32,000 nt of DNA, taken from positions 810,001-842,000 of the forward strand of contig NZ_CP065936.1 of assembly GCF_003367075.2 (NCBI RefSeq), in the 5' to 3' direction. Shown here one piece after another: positions 15,096-26,042 of this stretch. The notes beneath the pieces are model-generated. The model was not told the origin of the DNA. It ran no database searches and saw only the letters and a list, made by a program, of their open reading frames with translations. The DNA is from Cylindrospermopsis raciborskii Cr2010 (lineage in GTDB: Bacteria > Cyanobacteriota > Cyanobacteriia > Cyanobacteriales > Nostocaceae). Within the stretch, counting starts at the first letter, position 1. Each line of letters begins with the position of its first letter. The translations under genes were made by a program, and so were the position numbers.

Positions 15096-15809
15096 TTACC
15101 ATTCTTGGGAAATGGGGATGTAACTTCTCACAACCCTACCAGATCCACGCAGTTGTTTATAGTATAACTGACTAATGCGATCGCCATCTGGTGATAATTG
15201 ATCAATTCCGATTCCGTTGCGTCCCTGGTCTTTTCCCGAGCTGTGAATATAATATCCATTTCCTAAATATAAACCCACATGGGTGGCTTTTTGGTTAGTA
15301 CCAAAAAATACTAAATCTCCTAGCTGTATCTCATTAATATCTATAGTTTGAGTAAATGCTTCTTGTTGATAAGCGTCCCTTGGTATCCACACACCAACGG
15401 ATAGAAAAGCAGCCTGCACTAAACCGGAACAATCATAATTGGGCCCTACGGTTCCGCCCCATAGATAATAATTGGTTTGTCTCATGGCTTTTTGAGTAAA
15501 TTCAATTACTTCTGGTACAAGTTTCTCGATTTCTAAGGCGGTAAAATTAGCTGGTTGATAGGGTTTTGTGGCAAGTTTTAATAAGCGCAAATCATTGGGA
15601 TCAATCCATCCTCGGTACTGATCTTCACACAAATAAACTTCAACACAAGTATCTTGAATTTGTCCTTCCTGGGGAATTCTTAAATTCCTTCCCCTAGCAG
15701 CTTGGGTTGCTAATCGGACACATTCAGGAGAATCATAAATGTTTAGGTTGCTTATACATTGATATTCAATCATTTCCATAATGTTTTCTTGGGCAAGTTC
15801 ATGGTCCAT
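15096..15809 (-). CDS. NlpC/P60 (C40) family cell-wall peptidase
   Basis: 'YLWGGTVGPNYDCSGLVQAAF' carries the catalytic Cys. 'ATHVGLYLGNGYYIHSS' carries the His. There is an N-terminal SH3-like region. Confidence 0.85.
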   Translation of the reverse strand: MDHELAQENIMEMIEYQCISNLNIYDSPECVRLATQAARGRNLRIPQEGQIQDTCVEVYLCEDQYRGWIDPNDLRLLKLATKPYQPANFTALEIEKLVPEVIEFTQKAMRQTNYYLWGGTVGPNYDCSGLVQAAFLSVGVWIPRDAYQQEAFTQTIDINEIQLGDLVFFGTNQKATHVGLYLGNGYYIHSSGKDQGRNGIGIDQLSPDGDRISQLYYKQLRGSGRVVRSYIPISQEW

Positions 15810-16020
15810 ACAAAAAATTCCCAGTATTTTACGTGTCAGTTAATAAACTGTCACCATCCAGGTTGGTTACTCACTTTGTAGGGAATATTCTAAATTACAT
15901 GCAAGGAGTGATACCTCTTTACTCAGGTTTGTTATTGACTTCGCTCTGCTCCGTGTAATGGAAATGTTTGAAGTTCTCCATACCAAGTCTGGAGTAAGTT
16001 GGTGAAACTTATACGGGGGA

Positions 16021-16059
16021 GTGCCTGAGTACCTTAAAGAAACTCAGGTGCTTTTTTTT
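16021..16059 (+). terminator. Rho-independent terminator-like hairpin plus U-tract with no preceding annotated + strand gene
   Basis: GUGCCUGAGU (16021-16030) pairs with ACUCAGGUGC (16042-16051): 10 pairs, two of them G-U. The loop is 11 nt, followed by T8 at 16052-16059. Confidence 0.6.
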
Positions 16060-16144
16060 GACTGCTTATGGCTAAAGCTATATACTTATACTACTGCAAA
16101 AGTTAACCTATTTGTTAATCTCTTTTTTGGGTAAGCGTGGATAA

Positions 16145-16513
16145 ATGGAAGCAGAAGACTTAAAACGGCTTTATGGCACAGGCGAGAGGTACTTTGTATC
16201 TGCTGATCTGATTGGGGCTAGACTTATTGATGCCTATTTGCCGGGAATCAATTTGTGGGGGGCAAACTTGAGCCAAGCTAATTTGGCTAGGGCCAAACTT
16301 TGGGGGGCAAACTTGAGCCAAGCTAATTTGGCCAATGCGAACTTAACCAGAGCTAACTTGTGTGGGGTGAATCTTTCTCATGCCAATCTTAGAGGAGCTA
16401 AACTACACTACACCAAGTTCTATGGTGCTAACCTGAATGGTGCTATGTATGACATGAGCACTAGACTGCCTAGGGGGTTTGACCCACTCAGTCATGGTAT
16501 GCGCAAAGTATGA
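16145..16513 (+). CDS. Pentapeptide repeat protein
   Basis: 'ANLSQANLARAKLWGANLSQANLANANLTRANLCGVNLSHANLRGAKL' shows A(D/N)LXX repeats. Confidence 0.85.
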   Translation: MEAEDLKRLYGTGERYFVSADLIGARLIDAYLPGINLWGANLSQANLARAKLWGANLSQANLANANLTRANLCGVNLSHANLRGAKLHYTKFYGANLNGAMYDMSTRLPRGFDPLSHGMRKV

Positions 16514-16524
16514 GATGCTAGGAG

Positions 16525-16598
<74 letters not shown>

Positions 16599-16809
16599 TT
16601 AACTCCGATCTAACCATATCATACATGTTTGATTTGAATTTTCCGGCTCTAAAGAGACGTAGATTCATTAGGACCGTTTTTGCATAGAGGTCTGTTATGC
16701 CAAACGTTTTACAATAGCGATCCAATTGGCGCAGTCAAAAACGCCCTACTGACTCCATCTAGAACAAGTCTAGATATTGTCCATACCTTTTTGTATCTTA
16801 CCACCTTGA

Positions 16810-17481
16810 TCAGTAGATGTCAATACTTGACTGCGGATAAATCCGCCTCCTGGCTCCCTCTACCACTTCTAATAAACTCCTGAGCATTAAATAAGCAGAA
16901 GTACCTCCAGGATCTTGATGTCCAATACTACGCTCTCCTAAATAACTGGCTCTGCCTTTTTTTGCTATCATGGGTATGGTATCTCTTAGTCCCTGCTCTG
17001 CTGCATCCACGGCTATTTTCAAGGCTAAGATTGTCTCCTTGTCCTCTGCTACAGCTTTTTCAAAGGCTAACACAGCAGGATATATTACATCTACCATTGT
17101 TTTATCCCCTAGCTGAGCCTTACCTCTTTCTATTACTCCATCTAAACCAGCTTTCAAAAAAGCTAATATGTCCTTTGTACTTAGCTGGGTCTTCCCCATG
17201 GTGATGTCACTACCTCTTAAAAACCAGGTTCCGTATAACGGACCACTAGCACCTCCCACACTGGATATGAGGGTCATGCTCACTGTTTTCAAAATGCTGC
17301 CAATATCTTTTCCCTCAATGCTTGGTAGAATGCTACTGACTCTTTTGAAACCCCTGTCCATGTTAATTCCATGGTCTGCATCACCAATGGCAGCATCTAG
17401 TTCAGTTAATTCTTGCTTGTGATGTTCAATGACGGAACTAAACACTTGCAACCATTCAACAATTTGCACCTGAGTAACCAT
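16810..17481 (-). CDS. dhaL: Dihydroxyacetone kinase, subunit L (ADP-binding)
   Basis: 'LTELDAAIGDADHGINMDRGF' is the DhaL signature. I chose the start at ATG 17481, 1 nt after the dhaK stop; the ORF extends to 17523. Confidence 0.85.
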   Translation of the reverse strand: MVTQVQIVEWLQVFSSVIEHHKQELTELDAAIGDADHGINMDRGFKRVSSILPSIEGKDIGSILKTVSMTLISSVGGASGPLYGTWFLRGSDITMGKTQLSTKDILAFLKAGLDGVIERGKAQLGDKTMVDVIYPAVLAFEKAVAEDKETILALKIAVDAAEQGLRDTIPMIAKKGRASYLGERSIGHQDPGGTSAYLMLRSLLEVVEGARRRIYPQSSIDIY

Positions 17482-17482
17482 T

Positions 17483-18556
17483 TTAAACTCCCCAGCGTAA
17501 ACTCGCAGTTTTAACTGGTGCATCCCATAGGTCTAACATTTCCTCATCTAGTTTGAGTAACGTAATAGAACAACCTTGCATCTCTAGGGATGTCATGTAA
17601 GGTCCAATCAGATTTCTCACAATTTCTAACCCCTCTTGCTCGCAAAGTTCTACTAGTTTACGGTAGACGAGATAAAGTTCCGAAATAGGAGTACCACCCA
17701 TACTATTAACAAATGCTAGTAGGCGATCGCCTTTTTCCCAGGGTTTATTTAACAGTTCTACTTCTTTCCACTCCTCCTGCTTTTCATCCCATTCCCGCAT
17801 TGTTCGACAATAATCCGTATCATCAAAGAGCGATCGCGCTAGAATTTCGGTAACCTCATCACCACGCATTAGGGGAACTCTCTCTCTTCCTGGTTCTCCA
17901 TGAATGCCAATACCCAACTCTATTTGGTCATCTCCCAGGTCAAAGGTTGGTGTTCCCCTAGCTGGTACTGTACAAGAACTTAAGGCCACTCCTATGCTTC
18001 TTCCTAGAAGATTTACCTTTTTGCACAAATTGGCAACCTGAGGTAAATCGTAACCTTGCTCTGCTGCTGCTCCACAAATTTTTTCTGCTAGTACGGTTGT
18101 TCCCACTCCTCTTCTTCCTTGGGTGTAGGAACTATTTTTCACGGCCACGTCATCATCGATTATCATATTTAAGGTACGAATTCCTTGACTTCTAGCTAGT
18201 TCGGTGGCCATTTCAAAATTCATTATATCGCCGCTATAATTTTTTACAATATACAGGGTCCCTAAACCGCTATCAACCTTTTCTGCTGCTGCTAACATTT
18301 GATCGGGGGTTGGCGAGGTAAAAATTTCTCCCGGACAAGCAGCGTCTAACATTCCTTTGCCTACAAAACCCGTGTGCATTGGTTCATGTCCACTACCACC
18401 ACCAGAAATAATTGCTACTTTACTTTTGTCAGGAGTTTCTGCACGATAAACAAAAGTAGGGTCAAAGTTTACTTTTATTAAACCACTGTGTGCCCTAGCC
18501 ATGCCCATGAGACTTTCTTTGACAAAGTTTTCTGGTTGATTAATCAGCTTTTTCAT
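17483..18556 (-). CDS. dhaK: Dihydroxyacetone kinase, subunit K (DHA-binding)
   Basis: 357 aa. '[26 protein letters not shown]' is the typical DhaK motif. Confidence 0.9.
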   Translation of the reverse strand: MKKLINQPENFVKESLMGMARAHSGLIKVNFDPTFVYRAETPDKSKVAIISGGGSGHEPMHTGFVGKGMLDAACPGEIFTSPTPDQMLAAAEKVDSGLGTLYIVKNYSGDIMNFEMATELARSQGIRTLNMIIDDDVAVKNSSYTQGRRGVGTTVLAEKICGAAAEQGYDLPQVANLCKKVNLLGRSIGVALSSCTVPARGTPTFDLGDDQIELGIGIHGEPGRERVPLMRGDEVTEILARSLFDDTDYCRTMREWDEKQEEWKEVELLNKPWEKGDRLLAFVNSMGGTPISELYLVYRKLVELCEQEGLEIVRNLIGPYMTSLEMQGCSITLLKLDEEMLDLWDAPVKTASLRWGV

Positions 18557-18647
18557 AATTGATGTTATTAAGGATAAATATAAGGTTTAATTCTACGATT
18601 AATGTGGCCATTCAAACTGATGACTAGGCCCAAATTAATCTCTCAAG

Positions 18648-19490
18648 ATGAAAATGAAAATTGGTATTCTGGGTTTAGGATTGATTGGTGGTTCTTTGGG
18701 TTTTGACTTACGCTCCCAAGGACATTATGTTTTGGGGGTTAGTCGTCGAGAACTAACCTGTCAAAAAGCTATGGAAATTGGCAGTGTAGACCAAGCTAGT
18801 GTTGATTTGAGTTTATTGGTAAGTTCAGAACTAATTTTTGTCTGTACTCCTATAGGATTAATTGTACCTCAGATAAAAGAGTTAATACCCTACCTACATA
18901 AGAATACTATTATTACTGATGTTGGTTCTGTGAAAGGACCCATTGTCCATTCTATTTCCCCCCTATGGGAGAATTTTATTGGTGGTCACCCCATGGCCGG
19001 AAATACTAGTGCGGGAATAGAAGCTGCTCAGTTTAACTTGTTTGTAAATTGTCCTTACGTAATTACTCCAGTTGCTAAAACAATCAAAAACAATTTAACA
19101 CTTCTAGAAGAAATTGTGCGATCGCTTGGATCTAATGTTTACTACTGTTCACCGGAGCAACATGATCGAGCTGTGAGCTGGATATCTCATTTACCGGTGA
19201 TGGTTAGTGCTGCTCTAATTGATGCTTGTTTAAATGAAACGGATTTAGAAATTTTAGAACTAGCTCAAAACCTTGCCAGTTCTGGTTTTCGGGATACCAG
19301 TCGGGTAGGTGGTGGCAATCCCGAACTGGGAGTAATGATGGCACAATATAATAGTCAAGCACTCGTTAATTCATTACATCAATATCGTGACCACCTGGAT
19401 TCATTTATCAAATTGATCGAAGAGGAAAACTGGGAGGTTTTGGGGGAGAAACTCCTTTTCAATCAACATAACCGTCCCAGATTTCTGTAG
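18648..19490 (+). CDS. tyrA: Prephenate/arogenate dehydrogenase
   Basis: Rossmann motif 'IGILGLGLIGGSLG' and 'GGHPMAG'. 280 aa. Confidence 0.85.
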   Translation: MKMKIGILGLGLIGGSLGFDLRSQGHYVLGVSRRELTCQKAMEIGSVDQASVDLSLLVSSELIFVCTPIGLIVPQIKELIPYLHKNTIITDVGSVKGPIVHSISPLWENFIGGHPMAGNTSAGIEAAQFNLFVNCPYVITPVAKTIKNNLTLLEEIVRSLGSNVYYCSPEQHDRAVSWISHLPVMVSAALIDACLNETDLEILELAQNLASSGFRDTSRVGGGNPELGVMMAQYNSQALVNSLHQYRDHLDSFIKLIEEENWEVLGEKLLFNQHNRPRFL

Positions 19491-19570
19491 GAAAATGCTA
19501 ATGTGGAATTAGTGGAGATTGGATTCCACCGTTGCTACCTTTTAAAATAATGATGCTCAGGAAAGAAAAC

Positions 19571-20071
19571 ATGACATCAGAATCCAACAAACTGCGTTTT
19601 TACACCCAGGAAGAGGTACAGGAAATTTTAAACCTGGCGATCGCACGTCAGAGTAAAGATCTTAGTCAAGAGTTTTCCTATCAGCAGATTTTAGAGATTG
19701 CTAAGGAGCTACAAATTGAACCGGAAGCTGTTTTACACGCCAAAACTGAATGGTTGGCTCTACAAAGCGAAACACAGCAGCGAAAGGCTTTTAATACTTA
19801 TCGTCAAAATAAATTGAAGAAACGTATAGGAAACTATATAATTATTAACACTTTTTTCGTGCTGACAAATTTAATTGGCAGTGCTGGTCTAACCTGGTCT
19901 CTATATATTTTGATGTTTTCGGGATTAGTTATCCTAGTTGAGGTTTGGAAGACCTTTCGTAATCAAGGTGAAGAATATGAAGCTGCTTTTCAAAAATGGA
20001 ATCGTCAGCACCAAATCAAACAAACTGTAAATACGGTGATCAGTACAGTGATTAATAAGTGGTTTAAGTAG
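19571..20071 (+). CDS. Membrane protein with a C-terminal 2TM-like domain
   Basis: Two hydrophobic helices, 'YIIINTFFVLTNLIGSAG' and 'WSLYILMFSGLVILVEVW', follow a charged N-terminal region. The start at ATG 19571 (AGGAAAG upstream) is uncertain; the ORF opens at 19532. Confidence 0.5.
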   Translation: MTSESNKLRFYTQEEVQEILNLAIARQSKDLSQEFSYQQILEIAKELQIEPEAVLHAKTEWLALQSETQQRKAFNTYRQNKLKKRIGNYIIINTFFVLTNLIGSAGLTWSLYILMFSGLVILVEVWKTFRNQGEEYEAAFQKWNRQHQIKQTVNTVISTVINKWFK

Positions 20072-20249
20072 GGAGGATAGATTTAAAAACTATTTACAGG
20101 AACATTATAGAGCTTTAACAACTTGTTAACAGATAGACCTGATTTTTGGTTTATGATATTGTATAACTAGAAAGAAGTAAGTAGGGGGCACAATTGTTTG
20201 TAAGATAGATTCTGTTGATTTTTATGCTGTGAAATTTAATTTCAACGTC

Positions 20250-22313
20250 ATGATATGTTGTTTAAATCCCGATTGTCAAAATCCTCAAAATCCCCATGGT
20301 AGCAAGTTTTGTCAAAGTTGTGACACTCCTTTAGTACCACTGTTAAGAAATCGTTTTCGTATTATTCGTGTGCTTTCAGATGAAGGAGGATTTGGCAGAA
20401 CATATCTAGCAGAAGATACAGATAAATTAAATGATAATTGTGTGGTCAAACAATTAGCACCTAAGTTTCAGGGTACTTGGGCACAAAAAAAAGCAATGGA
20501 GTTATTCAGTCAAGAAGCAAAGAGACTGCAAGAATTAGGAGAGCATCCACAAATTCCCACCTTATTGGCTTATTTTGAGCAAGATAAATGTTTATATTTA
20601 GTACAGCAATTTATAGATGGCAATAACCTATTACAGGAGTTACAATTAAGAAAGCACTATAAAGACAGTGATATTCAATCTTTACTACTGGATTTATTGC
20701 CTATTCTTAAATTTCTTCATAGTCGGGGAATAATTCATCGAGATATCAAACCAGAGAATATTATCCGACGTAAAAGGGATGGAAGATTAATCTTAATTGA
20801 CTTTGGTTCTGCCAAACAATTAACAGTTGCAGTTCAAAAAAAATATGGTACTTCTATTGGATCCCATGGTTATTCTGCTATAGAGCAAATTAGAGATGGC
20901 AAAGCCTATCCAGCTAGTGATTTATTTAGCTTGGGTGCTACTTGTTTTCATCTCTTAACTGGTCTATCTCCCTTTCAATTGTGGATAGAACATGGTTATA
21001 GTTGGGTCAAGAATTGGCAAGATTGCCTTAACAATTCTAGGAGTGCTGAGCTAATTATTATTTTAGATAAGCTATTACAACTAGATCTGAAAAATCGCTA
21101 TCAATCTGCTGATGAAGTTATAAAAGACCTTAGTAAAAAGAATGTTTATGGTTCAAAAAAATCTGGCATATACCTTAAAAAGGGTAAACATGAAAAACAT
21201 AAACATACTATTTTGCGAAATATATTTTTGATTTTGGTAACAATTTCGGTTGTGGGGGGATTGGGATATAGGAACTTAGGTCAAATGCAAACGGCAATTT
21301 TCTCTCAATTTAATCCTTTATTAATACCAAGTAATAAATCTTCTACCAGTCCCGAGTATGGGCAAATATCTGGGAGAACTTCCTCTATTAGAACTAACAA
21401 AGTTAGTTTACTCAAAACCATAACACAAGTAGATAAATCCCTAGCAGTGGTGGCTATTACTCCAGATGGTAATACTATTGTCAGTGCGGGTCACAAAGAA
21501 ATTAAATTATGGAATAGCAAAACGGGCAAACAAATTATATCCCTACCAGGACATACACAAAATATCAACGCTCTTGCCATTAGTCCAGATGGAAATAACC
21601 TAGTGAGTGCGGGAGATGATAAAACGATTAAAGTTTGGAATTTACAAACAAAAAAACTTACTTTTAATCTAGTTGGTCATCAAGACTCAATTCAAGCACT
21701 AGCTATTAGTCAAGATAGCAAAATCCTAGTTAGTGCGGGAGATGATAAAACAATTAAAGTTTGGAGTCTATTAACAGGAAAGTTTTTAAAAACTCTCCTA
21801 GGCCATAATTATTGGGTTAGATCTTTAGCTCTTAGTCCCGATGGGTTCACTCTAGCAAGTGGAAGTTTTGATAAAACTATTAAAATATGGAATATTAATC
21901 AAACCAGTGGGCAAAAACCAACTACACTATTAGATACTACTTCCCAAACAGTCACATCTTTAGCTTTTAGTCCGGACACTAGTACACTTGTCAGTACCAG
22001 TCGCGATCGCCAAATTAAGTTTTGGGATATTAAGAATAAGGAGATAATTTTTGCCAGTAAAAAACAAAATGTTACATCTGTGATTTTCAGTCCCGATGGT
22101 AAAACCCTGATTAGCAAAGCCAAAAGTTGCCCAGATTGTTCTGAGAAAATTTCCTCTGTGATTAAATTATGGGATGTAAGCACAAAGGAAGAAATTTACG
22201 CTCTACCAGGAAACACCAAAATTGTTACATCCTTAGTTTTAAGTGCTGATGGTAAAACTTTAGTGGGTGGAACAGAAGATAATAAGATTAATATTTGGGA
22301 GATTTCTCCCTAA
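20250..22313 (+). CDS. Ser/Thr protein kinase with N-terminal zinc-ribbon, central TM segment and C-terminal WD40 repeats
   Basis: 'CLNPDCQNPQNPHGSKFCQSCDTPL', 'HRDIKPENII', 'IDFGSAK', TM segment 'IFLILVTISVVGGLG', and repeated 'GH...I.ALAISPDG..LVSAGDDKTIKVWNL' units. I chose the start at ATG 20250. Confidence 0.85.
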   Translation: MICCLNPDCQNPQNPHGSKFCQSCDTPLVPLLRNRFRIIRVLSDEGGFGRTYLAEDTDKLNDNCVVKQLAPKFQGTWAQKKAMELFSQEAKRLQELGEHPQIPTLLAYFEQDKCLYLVQQFIDGNNLLQELQLRKHYKDSDIQSLLLDLLPILKFLHSRGIIHRDIKPENIIRRKRDGRLILIDFGSAKQLTVAVQKKYGTSIGSHGYSAIEQIRDGKAYPASDLFSLGATCFHLLTGLSPFQLWIEHGYSWVKNWQDCLNNSRSAELIIILDKLLQLDLKNRYQSADEVIKDLSKKNVYGSKKSGIYLKKGKHEKHKHTILRNIFLILVTISVVGGLGYRNLGQMQTAIFSQFNPLLIPSNKSSTSPEYGQISGRTSSIRTNKVSLLKTITQVDKSLAVVAITPDGNTIVSAGHKEIKLWNSKTGKQIISLPGHTQNINALAISPDGNNLVSAGDDKTIKVWNLQTKKLTFNLVGHQDSIQALAISQDSKILVSAGDDKTIKVWSLLTGKFLKTLLGHNYWVRSLALSPDGFTLASGSFDKTIKIWNINQTSGQKPTTLLDTTSQTVTSLAFSPDTSTLVSTSRDRQIKFWDIKNKEIIFASKKQNVTSVIFSPDGKTLISKAKSCPDCSEKISSVIKLWDVSTKEEIYALPGNTKIVTSLVLSADGKTLVGGTEDNKINIWEISP

Positions 22314-22352
22314 TATGGCAAAAACCTCACAAATCATAAACTACATATTGCA

Positions 22353-23081
22353 ATGAACAATTATCTTTATCAATACAACCAATTATATTCTGGAAAATTA
22401 CTAAAAAGGTACAAGCGATTTTTTGTTGATGTGGAACTAGAATCTGGAGAAATGGTCACAGCGCACTGTGCCAATACCGGACCCATGACTGGAGTTTCTC
22501 AAATTGGCAGTGCTGTGCAGTTGTCCAAAACTGATAATCCCCAGCGCAAATTAGCCTATACATTGGAATTGATTCAAGTGGATAATGTGGATACTTCAGA
22601 ACCAACATGGGTTGGTGTAAACACCAACTTACCCAATAACATAATTAAACTAGCTTTAGAAAAACAGCTCTTTCCACAACTAGGAGAGTATAAGCAAGCT
22701 AAAGGGGAGGTGGTTTATGGAAAAGAGAAAAGAAGCCGAGTGGACTTTTACCTAACAGGAAATGAGATGCCAATTTACTTAGAAATAAAAAACACTACTT
22801 GGAGTCAGGGTAGTTTAGCATTATTTCCTGACACAGAAACCACTAGGGGACAAAAGCATCTAAGAGAATTAATGGAGGTATTACCCAAAAATCGTGCGGT
22901 GATGTTGTACTTTATCAATCGAGGGGACTGTGTGGAATTTGCTCCTGGAGATAGTGCGGATCCACTTTATGGTCAGTTACTAAGACAAGCAATAAAAGTA
23001 GGTTTAGAAGTTTTGCCGTGTAGATTTGATGTTTCTCCTCAAGGAGTTCGTTATTTGGGTTTAGCTGAATTAAAAATTTGA
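22353..23081 (+). CDS. sfsA: Sugar fermentation stimulation protein SfsA family (nuclease-like DNA-binding protein)
   Basis: 242 aa. The N-terminus 'YSGKLLKRYKRFFVDVEL..GE.VTAHCANTGPM' and 'EVKNTT'-like 'LEIKNTTW' are typical of SfsA. Confidence 0.85.
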   Translation: MNNYLYQYNQLYSGKLLKRYKRFFVDVELESGEMVTAHCANTGPMTGVSQIGSAVQLSKTDNPQRKLAYTLELIQVDNVDTSEPTWVGVNTNLPNNIIKLALEKQLFPQLGEYKQAKGEVVYGKEKRSRVDFYLTGNEMPIYLEIKNTTWSQGSLALFPDTETTRGQKHLRELMEVLPKNRAVMLYFINRGDCVEFAPGDSADPLYGQLLRQAIKVGLEVLPCRFDVSPQGVRYLGLAELKI

Positions 23082-23120
23082 GGAAGTGGGGGAAAGCTTC
23101 CCCCATAGCATCCACCGCTT

Positions 23121-25412
23121 CTAACCCAGGGACTGAGCAGTCTTGATCCTATCTAACTTGAGAATTAAAACCCCTAAAGGTGGTAAACACAAATCCAAAG
23201 AATAAGGACGATTATGTAAAGACCAGTCATCAGTCCATTTACCCCCTAAATTGCCCATATTACTACCACCATACTCACGTGCGTCACTATTAAATAGCTC
23301 TGTATAGAATCCCTTCTGTGGCACACCAATACGATAATGGGAATGGGGTTGGGGGGTAAAGTTGCAAACTACTACTACAAATTCATCGGAGTCCTTAGCT
23401 CGACGGACAAAAGAAACTACACTGTGACGATTATCACTACAGTCAATCCACTCAAAGCCCTCTCGTCCAAAGTCCTGACTATATAAAGCAGGTTCAGAAC
23501 GGTAAACACTGTTAATTTCCCTAAAGAACCCTCTTAACTGCTCATGAGGTTCATGCTGTAATAAACCCCACTCCAAATCGGCCCACACATTCCACTCACT
23601 CCATTGACCAAACTCCATGCTCATAAACATGGTTTTCTTGCCAGGGTGTGCAAACATATAAGTAAATAAAGCCCGCACATTGGCCAGCTTTTGCCATCTA
23701 TCACCGGGCATTTTACCGATAATATTGCTCTTACCATGGACAACTTCATCATGGGACAGTGCTAACATGAAGTTTTCACTGTGGTTGTACCACATGCTAA
23801 AAGTGACATTGTTTTGGTGGAATTGACGGAACCAGGGATCCATGCTAAAGTAATCCAACATGTCGTGCATCCAACCCATATTCCACTTCAGGTTAAAACC
23901 TAACCCTCCAGTGTATGTGGGCCAAGATACCATGGGCCAAGAGGTGGATTCCTCCGCAATGGATAGAACCCCTGGGAAGTAACTAAAAATGTTGTGATTT
24001 ACTTGGCGGAGAAAATCAGCAGCTTCCAGGTTTTCCCGACCACCATATTCGTTAGCTACCCATTCTCCATCTTTACGACAGTAGTCAAGATAAAGCATGG
24101 AAGCAACAGCATCTACCCTAATACCATCAATGTGGTACTTATCAAACCAAAACAAGGCATTAGCAACCAGGAAATTTCTCACCTCGTTGCGGGAATAGTT
24201 GAATACCAAGGTTCCCCATTCCTTATGTTCACCTTTACGGGGATCAGCATGTTCATAAAGATGAGTACCATCAAAGAAGGCTAAACCATGACCATCCTTG
24301 GGGAAATGACCTGGTACCCAATCCACAAGCACACCAATGCTATTTAAGTGACATTGGTCAACAAAATACATAAAGTCCCCGGGGGTGCCAAATCGGGAAG
24401 TGGGAGCATAGTAACCAGTAACCTGATAACCCCAGGAACCATCAAATGGATGTTCAGCAATAGGTAATAACTCTATGTGGGTGTAACCCAAGTCCCTCAC
24501 ATAGGGAATCAGTTTAGCTGCTAACTCCCGGTAGGTAAGGAATCGCGCTCCTGGATTCAGTTCGGAAGCAATAACTACTGGTTCTTCTGTTCCATCTGGT
24601 AACTTAGCTGGTTTCGCACTGTCATCATGTAACCAAGAACCTAAATGCACTTCGTAAACGGAAATGGGTTGCCCAAGGGGATCGCTGTTTCTTCTTGTCT
24701 CCATCCATTGTTCATCACCCCAGGGATAAGCATTCAAATTAGTGACAATAGATGCAGTTTTCGGCCGTGGTTCCTGTTGAAAACCGTAGGGGTCAGATTT
24801 TTCGTAAATATGACCGTCAAAATTCTTGATTTCATATTTATAATGTTCCCCAGGACCCAATTCAGGAATAAATAGTTCCCATACTCCCGTGTGCCCCTTG
24901 CGCATTTGGTGTTTACGTCCATCCCAGTGGTTAAAATCCCCCAGTAGAGAAACATTGCGAGCACTGGGTGCCCACACGGCAAAATATACTCCCTTAATAC
25001 CATCTATTTCGGTTAAGTGCGCTCCCAATTTCTCATAAATGCGATGGTGGTTACCCTCACCAAACAAATGTAAATCAAAATTTGTTAATCGGGGAGAACG
25101 AAAAGCATAGGGATCATAAATTACCCGCTCGTGTTCCCCTTCTTGAATTCTTAACTGGTAGTTATTAAGTTCTTCGATCTCAATGGTGCATTCAAAAAAA
25201 TGGGGATGATGTACCCTTTCCATGGCGTATTCTTTACGCTCTTGGGGAACTACTACATAAACCGCGCTGGCGTTGGGTAGGTAAGCACGTACAGCCCAAA
25301 TGTTTTTACCCTCTTGTTCTACAAGATGTGAACCTAGTACCTCGAACGGATCATGGTGTTGATTGGAAACTATGCGGTTAACCTGCTCAGGAGCAATGGT
25401 GCTGGTGGTCAT
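23121..25412 (-). CDS. glgB: 1,4-alpha-glucan (glycogen) branching enzyme
   Basis: GH13 motifs '[10 protein letters not shown]', '[11 protein letters not shown]', '[10 protein letters not shown]', '[11 protein letters not shown]'. Start at ATG 25412; the ORF opens at TTG 25430. Confidence 0.95.
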   Translation of the reverse strand: MTTSTIAPEQVNRIVSNQHHDPFEVLGSHLVEQEGKNIWAVRAYLPNASAVYVVVPQERKEYAMERVHHPHFFECTIEIEELNNYQLRIQEGEHERVIYDPYAFRSPRLTNFDLHLFGEGNHHRIYEKLGAHLTEIDGIKGVYFAVWAPSARNVSLLGDFNHWDGRKHQMRKGHTGVWELFIPELGPGEHYKYEIKNFDGHIYEKSDPYGFQQEPRPKTASIVTNLNAYPWGDEQWMETRRNSDPLGQPISVYEVHLGSWLHDDSAKPAKLPDGTEEPVVIASELNPGARFLTYRELAAKLIPYVRDLGYTHIELLPIAEHPFDGSWGYQVTGYYAPTSRFGTPGDFMYFVDQCHLNSIGVLVDWVPGHFPKDGHGLAFFDGTHLYEHADPRKGEHKEWGTLVFNYSRNEVRNFLVANALFWFDKYHIDGIRVDAVASMLYLDYCRKDGEWVANEYGGRENLEAADFLRQVNHNIFSYFPGVLSIAEESTSWPMVSWPTYTGGLGFNLKWNMGWMHDMLDYFSMDPWFRQFHQNNVTFSMWYNHSENFMLALSHDEVVHGKSNIIGKMPGDRWQKLANVRALFTYMFAHPGKKTMFMSMEFGQWSEWNVWADLEWGLLQHEPHEQLRGFFREINSVYRSEPALYSQDFGREGFEWIDCSDNRHSVVSFVRRAKDSDEFVVVVCNFTPQPHSHYRIGVPQKGFYTELFNSDAREYGGSNMGNLGGKWTDDWSLHNRPYSLDLCLPPLGVLILKLDRIKTAQSLG

Positions 25413-25576
25413 GGAGCTACCTACATTCAATAAGGTGACTAACTAAATTCAGTTTTTTATAACTATATATATTCTTTACATTTATTTGCATTTTTGTCCT
25501 CATGGTTCCCGTAGATCAGGATGTATCTTATATTGTAAGTATGAAATAAACATGAATTCTGGCAGCAAAGAGGAGA

Positions 25577-25900
25577 TTAAATATCTAAAAACGGGAAAAT
25601 TTGCAGTAAAATTCTGCGCATCCTGAGCAAAAATACTGTGTGTCTCAACCTGGGACTTAGCTTTCTGGGCGGAATTGTTCTCAGCTGCTCCTCTAGTTCA
25701 GCATATTCCGATGCGGTTAATATCTTACCATCAATAGGCGATCGCCCGATGGTGATGATTTCTGTACGTAGTATTTCTTCCGGAATATCTTCTGTTAGTG
25801 GTGGGACTGCTATGGTTACTCCATGGTTAATTATTCCCACCATTACAGCTACAATCACTCCCAAAACTACAAACTGGAATTTTACGGGTAGACCTTTCAT
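25577..25900 (-). CDS. Hypothetical small membrane protein
   Basis: 107-aa ORF with an N-terminal TM segment 'FVVLGVIVAVMVGII'. I recognise no family. Confidence 0.4.
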   Translation of the reverse strand: MKGLPVKFQFVVLGVIVAVMVGIINHGVTIAVPPLTEDIPEEILRTEIITIGRSPIDGKILTASEYAELEEQLRTIPPRKLSPRLRHTVFLLRMRRILLQIFPFLDI

Positions 25901-26042
25901 TTTCCGTCTTGTTGGTTTGTGTAAAGTCCCAGCGCCTACCCAAAGGGGTAGAGCGTGGGTTTGTTTATCGAACTAGCTACTGGGGGACACCCATGGGGTA
26001 GTCACAGCTTTATTGAACAAAATTAGGCGTTCCTAAAAAGTT

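Noticed and set aside
15958-16005. 15-codon mini-ORF (MEMFEVLHTKSGVSW) before the orphan terminator, as a possible leader peptide
   Set aside because: It has no convincing SD, and its amino-acid content does not suggest a regulatory leader peptide. It is mentioned only as context for the terminator finding.
20115-20129. Palindrome TTAACAACTTGTTAA upstream of the Ser/Thr kinase gene as an operator
   Set aside because: It is a single AT-rich 7-bp-arm palindrome in AT-rich intergenic DNA. This is plausible by chance, and no associated regulator is present.
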